From the NCBI GenBank assembly GCA_025463165.1, contig JAOBAU010000113.1, forward strand, positions 1 to 52,830: a stretch of DNA of 52,830 nucleotides. The letters run 5' to 3'. Below, piece after piece: positions 15,855-24,364 of this stretch; the first letter of the stretch is position 1, and every line of letters begins with the position of its first letter. The notes beneath the pieces are model-generated. The model was given only the letters and a program-made list of their open reading frames with translations. It was not told the DNA's origin and did not search any database. Made by a program: the position numbers and the translations under genes. The DNA is from Acidobacteriota bacterium. Lineage in GTDB: Bacteria; Acidobacteriota; Thermoanaerobaculia; Gp7-AA8.

Positions 15855-17456
15855 GTGACTACGCGCACTCTCGTCCTCATCTCTCTTCTTGCAGTCTCGT
15901 CCGCCGCGATTGCGCAGGACTATCGAATCGATGTCGATCGCGCGCACTTCGATGCCGCGACGGGCGCGCTCCCGGCGCACATCACCGTCACCAACGACAG
16001 CGATGCGCCGATCAGCGGCGTGGAGCTCTTCTTCGCCGGACAGTTGGTTCACGCCGCGAGCGGAAGCGGCTGGACCTGCACGGAGAGTCGCAACCAGCCG
16101 ACGAAGTGCGACTTCGCCGGTACGTTCGCCGCCGGTGAGATCGCAACGGTCGACGCGATCGTCGTCTTCGCGCAGCAGCCTTCGCGCATCAGCGTTGACG
16201 GCAATCTCTTCTGGACGAACGCGGCGGGTCAGCGCACCTTCATCTCGCGGCGATTGCCGCTCGCGGTCTACAAGGCTTTCGTCGTGACGCGGACGGCTGA
16301 CAGCGGCAGCGGCTCGTTGCGTGACGCGATCGTGGCGCTCAACGCCGACGCTGTTTGCGCATCGCTGCCGTGCGGCATCGCGTTCAACTTCGCGCCGAGC
16401 GCCGACGAGAAGTGGCAGACGATTCACGTTCGGTCGGAACTGCCGGCGCTCACCGCCGCGGACGTCACCATCGACGGCGATTCACAGAGCATCTTCGCCG
16501 GCGACACGAATGCCGACGGCCCGGAAGTCGAGCTGCGCGGTGAAGGAGTCGCTGGCGATGGATTCGATTTCCGTTCCGCGGTCTCCGAAGTGCGCGGAAT
16601 GGCGATTGGCGGCTTTGGACGCAACGGCATTGCGCTCACGGTTCGCTTGCGCGAGCACGGCGTTTTTCGCTTTCTGCACAACTACCTCGGCACCGACGCC
16701 ACCGGTTCCAATGCCGCGCCGAACGGACTGCGCGGGATCTCGATCACCGGCGGTTACGTCGAAGGCGAGATCCGCGACAACGTGTTGAGTGGCAACGGAC
16801 GCAGCGGACTGTGGGTCTGGACGGAACAGTCTCCCGGCTTCCGTCTCGCGGAATCGATGAACGTGGCCGGCAATCGCGCCGGCCTGCAGGCGCATTCCGA
16901 CGCGCCGCTGCCGAATGGCGCGAGTGGCATGTTCTTCGGGCCCGCCGTCGACGGCGCTGCAGTTGAAGGAAACACGATCGCGTACAACCGCGACTTCGGC
17001 GTCGCCGTCGGTCGCGGCGCGCGACTGATGCGCGTGCGCGGAAACTCGATCGCGCACAACGGCGTCGGCGGCATCGACGTCGGTCTCGATGGTCCGACGC
17101 CGGCCGGCGTCGATGCGGAGTTCAGCGATGTGCCGGCGCCGCTGCTGCAGTCCGCGACGTACGACGCTGCCACGAACACGACCACGATCGCGGCGACGGT
17201 GCCGCCCAGCTTCTACTTCGTCATGAATCAGGTTGATTTCTATGTCAGCGAAACGCGTGAGCACGGCGACTACGCGGAAGGCGAGCGCTATCTCGGGACA
17301 TCGAAAACACAACCGGGAACGAATGTACGAACGCTGACGGTGCCGGGCGATCTGCGTGGCCGATTCGTCAGCGGCGTGACGTTCCGAACGCGCGACGCAG
17401 AGGGCTCGCTCCTCTACGACACCGGCGAACCGAGCAACGCGATCGAGGTGAAGTGA
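15855..17456 (+). CDS. Secreted beta-helix protein, paralogue of 11218..13407
   Basis: Signal peptide; shared motifs GSLR.AI, PLPNGASG.F.GP, IDVGLDGP.P, DLRG.FV. Confidence 0.75.
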   Translation: MTTRTLVLISLLAVSSAAIAQDYRIDVDRAHFDAATGALPAHITVTNDSDAPISGVELFFAGQLVHAASGSGWTCTESRNQPTKCDFAGTFAAGEIATVDAIVVFAQQPSRISVDGNLFWTNAAGQRTFISRRLPLAVYKAFVVTRTADSGSGSLRDAIVALNADAVCASLPCGIAFNFAPSADEKWQTIHVRSELPALTAADVTIDGDSQSIFAGDTNADGPEVELRGEGVAGDGFDFRSAVSEVRGMAIGGFGRNGIALTVRLREHGVFRFLHNYLGTDATGSNAAPNGLRGISITGGYVEGEIRDNVLSGNGRSGLWVWTEQSPGFRLAESMNVAGNRAGLQAHSDAPLPNGASGMFFGPAVDGAAVEGNTIAYNRDFGVAVGRGARLMRVRGNSIAHNGVGGIDVGLDGPTPAGVDAEFSDVPAPLLQSATYDAATNTTTIAATVPPSFYFVMNQVDFYVSETREHGDYAEGERYLGTSKTQPGTNVRTLTVPGDLRGRFVSGVTFRTRDAEGSLLYDTGEPSNAIEVK

Positions 17457-17459
17457 GCG

Positions 17460-17729
17460 CTATTGCTGCTTGTTGCGCAGACCCGCGGCGATCTCATCCA
17501 TCTTCGTCTGATGGAACTCGTTGACGAAGCGCTGCAGCTGTTCCTCGGGCATCGACGTCATGTCCGACGTGTAAACCTTCTTCAACGCGCCGGCGAGGTA
17601 GACCTTCGTCTCGACGCGCCACGCAGGGCGTGGAAAGAATTCGGTCTGGATCGTCAGTTTCTTCGTACCGACATCGAACGCATCGAGGCGTCCCATCGGC
17701 AACTCGCGGGGCGGAGCGACGTCGGTCAT
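17460..17729 (-). CDS. Hypothetical protein (89 aa)
   Basis: C-terminal part of ORF 17460..18062 from MTDVAPP; TACCAT 8 nt upstream; globular composition. Confidence 0.7.
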   Translation of the reverse strand: MTDVAPPRELPMGRLDAFDVGTKKLTIQTEFFPRPAWRVETKVYLAGALKKVYTSDMTSMPEEQLQRFVNEFHQTKMDEIAAGLRNKQQ

Positions 17730-17750
17730 GTTGCGATATGGTAGACGAAG

Positions 17751-18149
17751 ATGCGGCTCGAGCATTTGACCGATGATGAGGAAGACCACTGGCGGGGGGA
17801 GTTCGCGCAGGAGAACTGGATTTTCGGGGCGCTGCGACTCAGCATCACGCTCCCCGAATTCGCCGGCGGCGTGCCGTCGCTGCGCGACATGCACTTCGGT
17901 TATTACCTGCAGCCGCTGCATCTGAACGCGGACGATCGCGAAGATCTGCCGCGCAAGCTCGCGTACGTCGTCGCGCGCCGTAAACCGCCGCTCGACTTTC
18001 TCGAGCTCGTCGGCGCGGGGCTGCGCATTCCGCACTGCTTTCCGCAGGGCTTCACGCTGCACAGCGTCCTGCGCATCACGCTTCAGGAACTGCGTCGCCT
18101 GCCGCTCCGCGATGACAGCGGCCGCGTCGCCGCACGGGAAGAATCATGA
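17751..18149 (+). CDS. Hypothetical protein, first gene of ABC operon
   Basis: Stop overlaps next ATG (ATGA); TATGGT 8 nt upstream. Confidence 0.7.
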   Translation: MRLEHLTDDEEDHWRGEFAQENWIFGALRLSITLPEFAGGVPSLRDMHFGYYLQPLHLNADDREDLPRKLAYVVARRKPPLDFLELVGAGLRIPHCFPQGFTLHSVLRITLQELRRLPLRDDSGRVAAREES

Positions 18150-19885
18150 CTCCGATCCGCCGTCTTCTTCACTACTTCAAACTGCATAAAGCGTCGCTCA
18201 CCGCCGGCGCGCTTTGCGTCGTCGGTTCCGCGGTGTTTTCACTCGCCAAACCGCTCATCGTCGGCAACGCCGTCAACGCGCTGACGCATTCATTCACGCG
18301 CGCGATGTTGCTTCGCTACGGACTGCTGCTGATCGGCGCGTCGGCGATCGAAGGGATCTTTCTCTACCTGCAGCGCTGGATCATCATCGGCGCGTCGCGG
18401 CGCATCGAGTACGAGATGCGCAACGATTTCTACGCGCATCTGCAGCGGCTGCCGCTTTCGTACTACCAGGACCAGCGCACCGGCGATCTGATGTCGCGCG
18501 CCACGAACGATCTCGCGTCCGTGCGCATGCTCATCGGTCCGGCGGTCATGCACTCGTTCTCGTCGCTGCTCGTCGTGACCGGCGCGTTCATCATGATGTT
18601 GCGTATCGAGCCGCGCATGGCGCTCATCTCCCTTTGCGCGGTGCCGGTCGTGGCCGGGATGGTGAAGTACTTCGGCGAGCAGATTCACGTTCGCTTCAAA
18701 TCGGTACAGGACTACTTCGGCGACATCTCCGCGCGCGTGCAGGAAAACCTCGCCGGCGTGCGCGTCGTGCGCGCCTTCGGTCAGGAGCGCAACGAAGCGG
18801 AGATTTTTCGCGAGATGAATCGCGAGTACGTGAATCGCAATCGTTCGCTGATCCGCCTCACCGCGACGTTCTATCCGGGACTGCACGCCATGATCGGACT
18901 GATGTTCGTCATCGTCTTCTTCATCGGCAGCCGGAAGATGATCGCCGGCACGATGACGATCGGTTCGTTCGTCGCCTTCCAGTTCTACCTCGGACGGATG
19001 ATCTGGCCGCTCATCGCCCTCGGATGGGTCATCAACCTGTTTCAGCGCGGCATGGCATCGATGCAGCGCCTGCACGAAGTCTGGTCGGTCGATCCGGGTG
19101 CCGATACGAATGAAGGGGAGCGTGTCGAAGGAACGGTGCGCGGCGACATCGAGATTCGCGAGCTGACGTTCACCTACACCAATCATCCGGTGCTGCGCGA
19201 TGTGAACCTCAGCATCCGGCACGGAGAAACGGTCGGCGTCGTCGGCCGCACGGGGAGCGGGAAATCGACGCTGCTCGCGCTGCTGACGCGGACCTTCGAG
19301 CCGCCGCCGAACAGCATCTTCATCGACGGCCGTCCGATCGAAACGATTCCGCCGCGCCAGCTGCGCGAATGGATCGGGATGGTGCCGCAGGAGACGTTCC
19401 TCTTCTCGGAATCGATCGCGGAAAACATCCGCTTCGGAAGAGCAGAAGCGAACGCCGGCGAGTTGCGCGACGCCGCAACGATGGCCGGCTTGTCGATGGA
19501 TGTCGAGACCTTCTCGCAGGGACTGGAGACCGTGATTGGAGAGCGAGGCATCACCCTTTCCGGCGGACAGAAACAGCGCACCGCGATCGCGCGTGCGCTC
19601 GTCCGCGAACCGATGATCCTCCTGCTCGACGATTCGCTCAGCGCCGTCGACACCGCAACCGAAGAACAGATCCTCACCGCGCTGCGAAACGTGCGCAAAG
19701 GAAGAACAGTCCTCATCGTCTCGCATCGCGTCTCGTCGGTAAAAGACGCCGATCACATCGTCGTCCTCGACGAAGGAAAGATCGTCGAGCGCGGAACCCA
19801 CGACTCACTCCTCGCGCACGACGGCTACTACGCCGACCTCTATCGACGCCAAACGATCGAGGCGGAGCTGGAGGAGATTGCTTAA
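18146..19885 (+). CDS. ABC exporter, permease-ATPase fusion (MdlA/YheI-like degenerate half)
   Basis: TMD plus GRTGSGKST, LSGGQKQR, non-canonical Walker B LLLDDS. Confidence 0.94.
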   Translation: MTPIRRLLHYFKLHKASLTAGALCVVGSAVFSLAKPLIVGNAVNALTHSFTRAMLLRYGLLLIGASAIEGIFLYLQRWIIIGASRRIEYEMRNDFYAHLQRLPLSYYQDQRTGDLMSRATNDLASVRMLIGPAVMHSFSSLLVVTGAFIMMLRIEPRMALISLCAVPVVAGMVKYFGEQIHVRFKSVQDYFGDISARVQENLAGVRVVRAFGQERNEAEIFREMNREYVNRNRSLIRLTATFYPGLHAMIGLMFVIVFFIGSRKMIAGTMTIGSFVAFQFYLGRMIWPLIALGWVINLFQRGMASMQRLHEVWSVDPGADTNEGERVEGTVRGDIEIRELTFTYTNHPVLRDVNLSIRHGETVGVVGRTGSGKSTLLALLTRTFEPPPNSIFIDGRPIETIPPRQLREWIGMVPQETFLFSESIAENIRFGRAEANAGELRDAATMAGLSMDVETFSQGLETVIGERGITLSGGQKQRTAIARALVREPMILLLDDSLSAVDTATEEQILTALRNVRKGRTVLIVSHRVSSVKDADHIVVLDEGKIVERGTHDSLLAHDGYYADLYRRQTIEAELEEIA

Positions 19886-19888
19886 TTC

Positions 19889-19960
19889 GGCATGAGGCAT
19901 GAGGGACGAGGTATGAGTGGGAGGCTTCTCACTCATGCCTCATTCCCCATGCCTCATGCC
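19889..19960. repeat. Heptamer-array palindrome D, variant unit GGCATGA/TCATGCC
   Basis: GGCATGA GGCATGA GGGACGA GGTATGA GTGGGA ... TCTCAC TCATGCC TCATTCC CCATGCC TCATGCC between the two ABC genes. Confidence 0.9.
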
Positions 19961-19972
19961 TGACGGAACGTC

Positions 19973-21820
19973 ATGGCTGAAATCGAAAAACACGAAGACG
20001 AAGGCGCGAAGTCGTTCGATCCGCATCTTGCGCGGCGGCTGCTGCACTACCTTCGTCCGTATCGCGCGCGGGCGGGGTTCTCGGTGCTGCTCGTCATTCT
20101 TTCGTCGGCGCTGGAGATCGTCGGGCCGGCCATCATCGCCATCGCCATCGATCTCTTCGTGAAGCCGGTGCCGGGGAGCAGCACGATCGGCGTCAGCGGA
20201 CGGATCGGCGTGTGGCTCGCGGCGCATGGCTGGAGCCTCGACGTCGTCACCGGCATCAACGTCGCCACCTCGGTTTATCTCACCGCGCTCGTGCTCGGTT
20301 TCGCGGTGCTCTATTCGCAGATGGTCCTGATGAACGTGATGGGCCAGTACATCATGTACGACCTCCGCAAGGAGATCTTCGGCCATCTGCAGAAGCTCGA
20401 CATCCGCTTCTTCGATCGCAATCCGGTCGGACGGCTGATGACCCGCGTGACGACCGACGTCGACGCACTGAACGAGATGTTCACCGCCGGCTTCGTCGCC
20501 ATCTTCGGCGACATCGTCGTGCTCGCCGGCATCGTCGGCGTGCTGTTCTGGATGAACTGGCGGATGGCGCTCGTCCTCTTCTCCATCACGCCGTTCATCG
20601 TGCTGGCGTCGATGTGGTTCCGCCGCGGTGCGCGCATCACCTACAGACAGGTGCGCGCGCGCATCGCCGCGATCAACGCGTTTCTGCAGGAGCACATCTC
20701 CGGCATGTCGACCGTGCAGCTCTTCAATCGCGAAGAGGCGGAGGCGGAGAAGTTCGAGGTGCTGAATGCGAAGCACCGCGACGCGAACATCGATTCGATC
20801 TTCTACTACGCCGTCTTCTATCCGGTCATCGAGCTCGTGCAGACGATCGGCATCGCGCTGATCGTCTGGTACGGCGGCGGTCAGGTCGTGCAGAAGACGC
20901 TGTCGATCGGCGCGCTGATCGCCTTCTTTCAATACGCGCAGCGTTTCTACGAGCCGATCTCGGATCTGTCGGAGAAGTACAACATCCTTCAGGCGGCGAT
21001 GGCGGCGAGCGAACGGATCTTCCGGCTGCTCGATACGCCGGTGGCCATTGAAGACAGCGGCGAGCTTGCAATCACCGAGCTCGAGTCGATCGAGTTCCGC
21101 AACGTCTGGTTCGCGTATAACGAGGAAGAGTGGGTGCTGAAAGACGTCTCGTTCCAGGTGCGGCGCGGCGAGCGGGTCGCGCTCGTCGGTCACACTGGCG
21201 CCGGGAAGACGACGGTCACTTCGCTGCTGCTGCGTTTCTACGAGATTCAGCGCGGCGAGATTCTCATCAATGGAGTCGACATCCGGCGCTACTCGCTTGT
21301 CTCGTTGCGGCGGCTCTTCGCCATCGTGCAGCAGGACTTCTTCCTCTTCACCGGCAACGTCTCGCAGAACATCGCGCTTGGCGATCCGTCGATCGGCGAA
21401 GAGCGCGTGCGCGAAGCGGCGGTGCGCGTGCAGGCCGACCGCTTCATCAGCAGATTGCCGGAAGGTTATGCCGCCGAGGTGAGGGAGAGAGGGGCGGGGT
21501 TCTCGGTCGGGGAGAAACAGCTGCTGTCGTTCGCGCGCGCGCTGGCGTTCAATCCGCCCGTGCTGATCCTCGATGAGGCGACCTCATCGATCGATACGGA
21601 AACCGAGCGGCTGATTCAGGACGCCATCCGGACGCTGATGGAAGGGCGGACGTCGATCGTCATTGCGCACCGGCTTTCAACGATCCGTTCGGCCGACACG
21701 ATTCTCGTGTTCCACCATGGCGAGATTCGCGAGCGCGGCACGCACGAGGAGCTGATGGAGACGAACGGTCTCTACCGTAGGCTGTACGAGATTCAGTATC
21801 GCGAAGCAGCGCTCGTGTGA
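19973..21820 (+). CDS. ABC exporter, permease-ATPase fusion (MdlB/YheH-like half)
   Basis: GHTGAGKTT, degenerate signature FSVGEKQL, ILDEATSS; heterodimer partner of the upstream gene. Confidence 0.94.
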   Translation: MAEIEKHEDEGAKSFDPHLARRLLHYLRPYRARAGFSVLLVILSSALEIVGPAIIAIAIDLFVKPVPGSSTIGVSGRIGVWLAAHGWSLDVVTGINVATSVYLTALVLGFAVLYSQMVLMNVMGQYIMYDLRKEIFGHLQKLDIRFFDRNPVGRLMTRVTTDVDALNEMFTAGFVAIFGDIVVLAGIVGVLFWMNWRMALVLFSITPFIVLASMWFRRGARITYRQVRARIAAINAFLQEHISGMSTVQLFNREEAEAEKFEVLNAKHRDANIDSIFYYAVFYPVIELVQTIGIALIVWYGGGQVVQKTLSIGALIAFFQYAQRFYEPISDLSEKYNILQAAMAASERIFRLLDTPVAIEDSGELAITELESIEFRNVWFAYNEEEWVLKDVSFQVRRGERVALVGHTGAGKTTVTSLLLRFYEIQRGEILINGVDIRRYSLVSLRRLFAIVQQDFFLFTGNVSQNIALGDPSIGEERVREAAVRVQADRFISRLPEGYAAEVRERGAGFSVGEKQLLSFARALAFNPPVLILDEATSSIDTETERLIQDAIRTLMEGRTSIVIAHRLSTIRSADTILVFHHGEIRERGTHEELMETNGLYRRLYEIQYREAALV

Positions 21821-21826
21821 CGATTA

Positions 21827-21842
21827 TTTGACTGATGTCAAA
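21827..21842. promoter_or_regulatory. FNR/CRP-family-like palindrome TTTGAC-N4-GTCAAA
   Basis: TTTGAC-TGAT-GTCAAA in an AT-richer intergenic stretch about 70 bp upstream of 21911. Confidence 0.5.
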
Positions 21843-21910
21843 AACAGGCATACCTTCAGCATCCGTGTTACGCAAAGAAGTACGCCCACGGGGGGAGAGG
21901 AGGGGAAAGA

Positions 21911-22147
21911 ATGACCGTGAGGTTTTTCCCCGGGAGCCGGAGATCAAAGACCGGCCTGATTGAAGGGTTTTTGTCGAGATACCGCGTCGCGCACGAGTTA
22001 GTGCAGCCGGAGGATTACAAGTCGAAGACGTTTCGTCTCGGCACCGATCCGGCGGTCGAAGTGGACGGAATGCTTTTTGTCGACCCCAACGTCGACGCGC
22101 TGAAAAAGATCCTTCACGTCGACGGCGACGAGGCTCAGCCCGTCTGA
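21911..22147 (+). CDS. Small glutaredoxin-fold-like protein without cysteines
   Basis: C-terminal DPAVEVDGMLFVDPNVDALKKIL resembles NrdH/Grx C-termini; GAGGAG upstream. Confidence 0.55.
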   Translation: MTVRFFPGSRRSKTGLIEGFLSRYRVAHELVQPEDYKSKTFRLGTDPAVEVDGMLFVDPNVDALKKILHVDGDEAQPV

Positions 22148-22159
22148 CAATGAGAGCCT

Positions 22160-22459
22160 TCAGGCGGCCGGGAAAATCCCGGCCGCTTCTTTTTCCACGG
22201 CACTCTTGATCCGCGGCTCGAACGGCTTCGCGATCAGCGGCAGTTTGCCTTCGATGATGACGTCGGTGTCGGTGATCTCCAGCGATCCGCTGACCTTGAA
22301 GCCGCGCGCCGCCCCCGAGAACGTCAGCTTCTCGCCATCCCACTGATGCTGCGACTCGTTGAGGTAATGGCCGTATTGCGCGAGCGCCTGCCCCAGCCGC
22401 TCATCGATCGCCTTCCGAGCCTTTTCCTTCGTCGTGTGATGCGGAACCGTCAGTCGCAT
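22160..22459 (-). CDS. Polyhydroxyalkanoic acid system family protein (PHA_gran_rgn-like)
   Basis: VPHHTTKEKAR...WDGEKLTF...VSGSLEITD...LPLIAKPF pattern; AGGAG upstream. Confidence 0.75.
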   Translation of the reverse strand: MRLTVPHHTTKEKARKAIDERLGQALAQYGHYLNESQHQWDGEKLTFSGAARGFKVSGSLEITDTDVIIEGKLPLIAKPFEPRIKSAVEKEAAGIFPAA

Positions 22460-22504
22460 GTGGTCGTCTCCTGTGTACGCGCGAATTGCGGGCGCATTCT
22501 ACCG

Positions 22505-22687
22505 TCAGCCGCCGTACGCGCGGAACGCAAGCACCGCGAAGATCACGACGATGATCAGCAGAAAGATCCGTCCGACGCTCATCATTCGACTGTGAGCAAC
22601 GTGACGCGTTCCCCGCGGTTTGATGCCGGTGACTGCAGCGATCCCGCAAACGACGACAGCCATTCCAAGCCATACCATCCAGTTCAT
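22505..22687 (-). CDS. Small 2-TM membrane protein
   Basis: MNWMVWLGMAVVVCGIAAVTGIKPRGTRHVAHSRMMSVGRIFLLIIVVIFAVLAF, downstream of comM. Confidence 0.6.
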   Translation of the reverse strand: MNWMVWLGMAVVVCGIAAVTGIKPRGTRHVAHSRMMSVGRIFLLIIVVIFAVLAFRAYGG

Positions 22688-22722
22688 GGCGAAGTCTTCC
22701 GCAAGAGACGAGCCATCGCCGA

Positions 22723-24264
22723 TCACCCGCTCCGAAAATACGAACGATCGAGCGCCCGATACTGCACAGCTTCGGCGACATGCGCGGTCTCGATGTGTCC
22801 CGAGCCTGCGAGGTCGGCGATCGTTCGCGACACCTTCAGCACGCGGTCGTACGCGCGCGCGGAAAGGCCGAGTCGGGTCATCGCCTGTTCCAGAAGTCGT
22901 CGCGACGGCGCGTCGAGCTCGCAGTGGCGCCGGAGCGATCGCGTCGCCATCTCCGCGTTGCACTGCATCGAGGTCCGGCGAAACCGTTCGCGCTGAATCG
23001 TGCGCGCCTGCTCGACGCGATCGCGTATCGCCGATGACGGTTCGCCGCTCGCCGTCGATGACACCTCGGCGGCAGTCAGCGCCGGCACTTCGACCTGCAG
23101 GTCGATCCGATCGAGCAGCGGCCCGGAGATCTTCGCGAGGTAACGCGCGATCTGGATCTGCGAACAGCTGCACTCGTGCCGGCTGTCATTGAAGTAGCCG
23201 CACGGACAGGGATTCAGCGCGGCGGCCAGCGTGAAGCGCGCGGGGAACGTCACCGTGCGCGTGACGCGGCCGATCGTGACGACGCCGTCTTCCATCGGCT
23301 GCCGCATCACCTCAAGCGTGTCGCGGCGGAACTCCGGCAGCTCGTCGAGGAACAGCACGCCGTGATGCGAAAGACTCACTTCGCCCGGACGCGGCGGACT
23401 TCCGCCTCCGACGAGACTGGCCGTCGAGATCGTGTGATGCGGCGCGCGGAACGGTCGCTTCGCGAGCAGGCCACTTCCTTTCGGTAGCGTGCCGGCGACG
23501 GAGTGAATCTTCGTGGTGGTGATCGCTTCGTCGGACGAAAGCCGCGGCAGGATTGACGGCAATCGTTTCGCGAGCATCGTCTTGCCGGAGCCGGGAGGTC
23601 CGACCAGCATCACGTTGTGGCCGCCCGCCGCCGCAACTTCGAGCGCGCGTTTCGCCTGCGCCTGTCCGCGCACGTCGGCGAAGTCGGCCGCCTCGCCGAA
23701 GTCGAATTCGACCGCGGAGCACGACAGCGCGCGCGGCAGCGGCGTGTCGCCGCGCAGATGCGCGATAAGCGACGTCAGATGCGCGGCGCCGATGACGCGG
23801 ACCGACGCGACGGCGGCCGCTTCGGCGGCGTTGGCCATCGGGACGATCAACTCGCGCACCTCGTCGTCGCCTGCGAGTGCGGACGAGATCGAGAGCGTTC
23901 CGCGAATCGGCGCGATCGTTCCATCGAGCGACAGCTCGCCGGTAAAGACACGTCCGGCGATCTCTTCGTCGCGTAAGAACTCGAGGGCGTGAAGGATGCC
24001 GATCGCGATCGGCAGATCGAACGACGATCCTTCTTTCTTCACATCGGCCGGAGAAAGATTGACGGTGATCCGGCGCGGCGGCATCCAGAGGCCGCAGTGG
24101 TGCAGGGCGGAGCGGACGCGCGAGTACGCCTCGCGCACGGCGGCGTCCGGAAGTCCGACGAGAGTGAAGCCGGGCAGGGCGGCGTAGCTGCCGCCGTCGA
24201 CTTCGACGATGATCCTTGTTGCATCAATTCCGAGTGTCGCGGCACTCCATACTTTCGAAAGCAT
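22723..24264 (-). CDS. comM: YifB/ComM Mg-chelatase-like AAA+ ATPase
   Basis: VGLPDAAVRE, ITVNLSPADVKKEGSSFDLPIA, GPPGSGKTM, PFRAPHHT, GVLFLDELPEF, NPCPCG, SGPLLDRIDL; start MLSKV at 24264. Confidence 0.95.
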   Translation of the reverse strand: MLSKVWSAATLGIDATRIIVEVDGGSYAALPGFTLVGLPDAAVREAYSRVRSALHHCGLWMPPRRITVNLSPADVKKEGSSFDLPIAIGILHALEFLRDEEIAGRVFTGELSLDGTIAPIRGTLSISSALAGDDEVRELIVPMANAAEAAAVASVRVIGAAHLTSLIAHLRGDTPLPRALSCSAVEFDFGEAADFADVRGQAQAKRALEVAAAGGHNVMLVGPPGSGKTMLAKRLPSILPRLSSDEAITTTKIHSVAGTLPKGSGLLAKRPFRAPHHTISTASLVGGGSPPRPGEVSLSHHGVLFLDELPEFRRDTLEVMRQPMEDGVVTIGRVTRTVTFPARFTLAAALNPCPCGYFNDSRHECSCSQIQIARYLAKISGPLLDRIDLQVEVPALTAAEVSSTASGEPSSAIRDRVEQARTIQRERFRRTSMQCNAEMATRSLRRHCELDAPSRRLLEQAMTRLGLSARAYDRVLKVSRTIADLAGSGHIETAHVAEAVQYRALDRSYFRSG

Positions 24265-24364
24265 GGCAGGTTGCGACCCGCGGAAGTCCCGTGCCGAGGC
24301 TACCTCGGCGACGAAGAAGAAGGCAAGAAAAGGACGGGCATCGGGATTGCGCCGTACAAACCTC

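Noticed and set aside
22723-24264. Mobile element integrated in comM
   Set aside because: The reading frame is intact and no integrase is adjacent.
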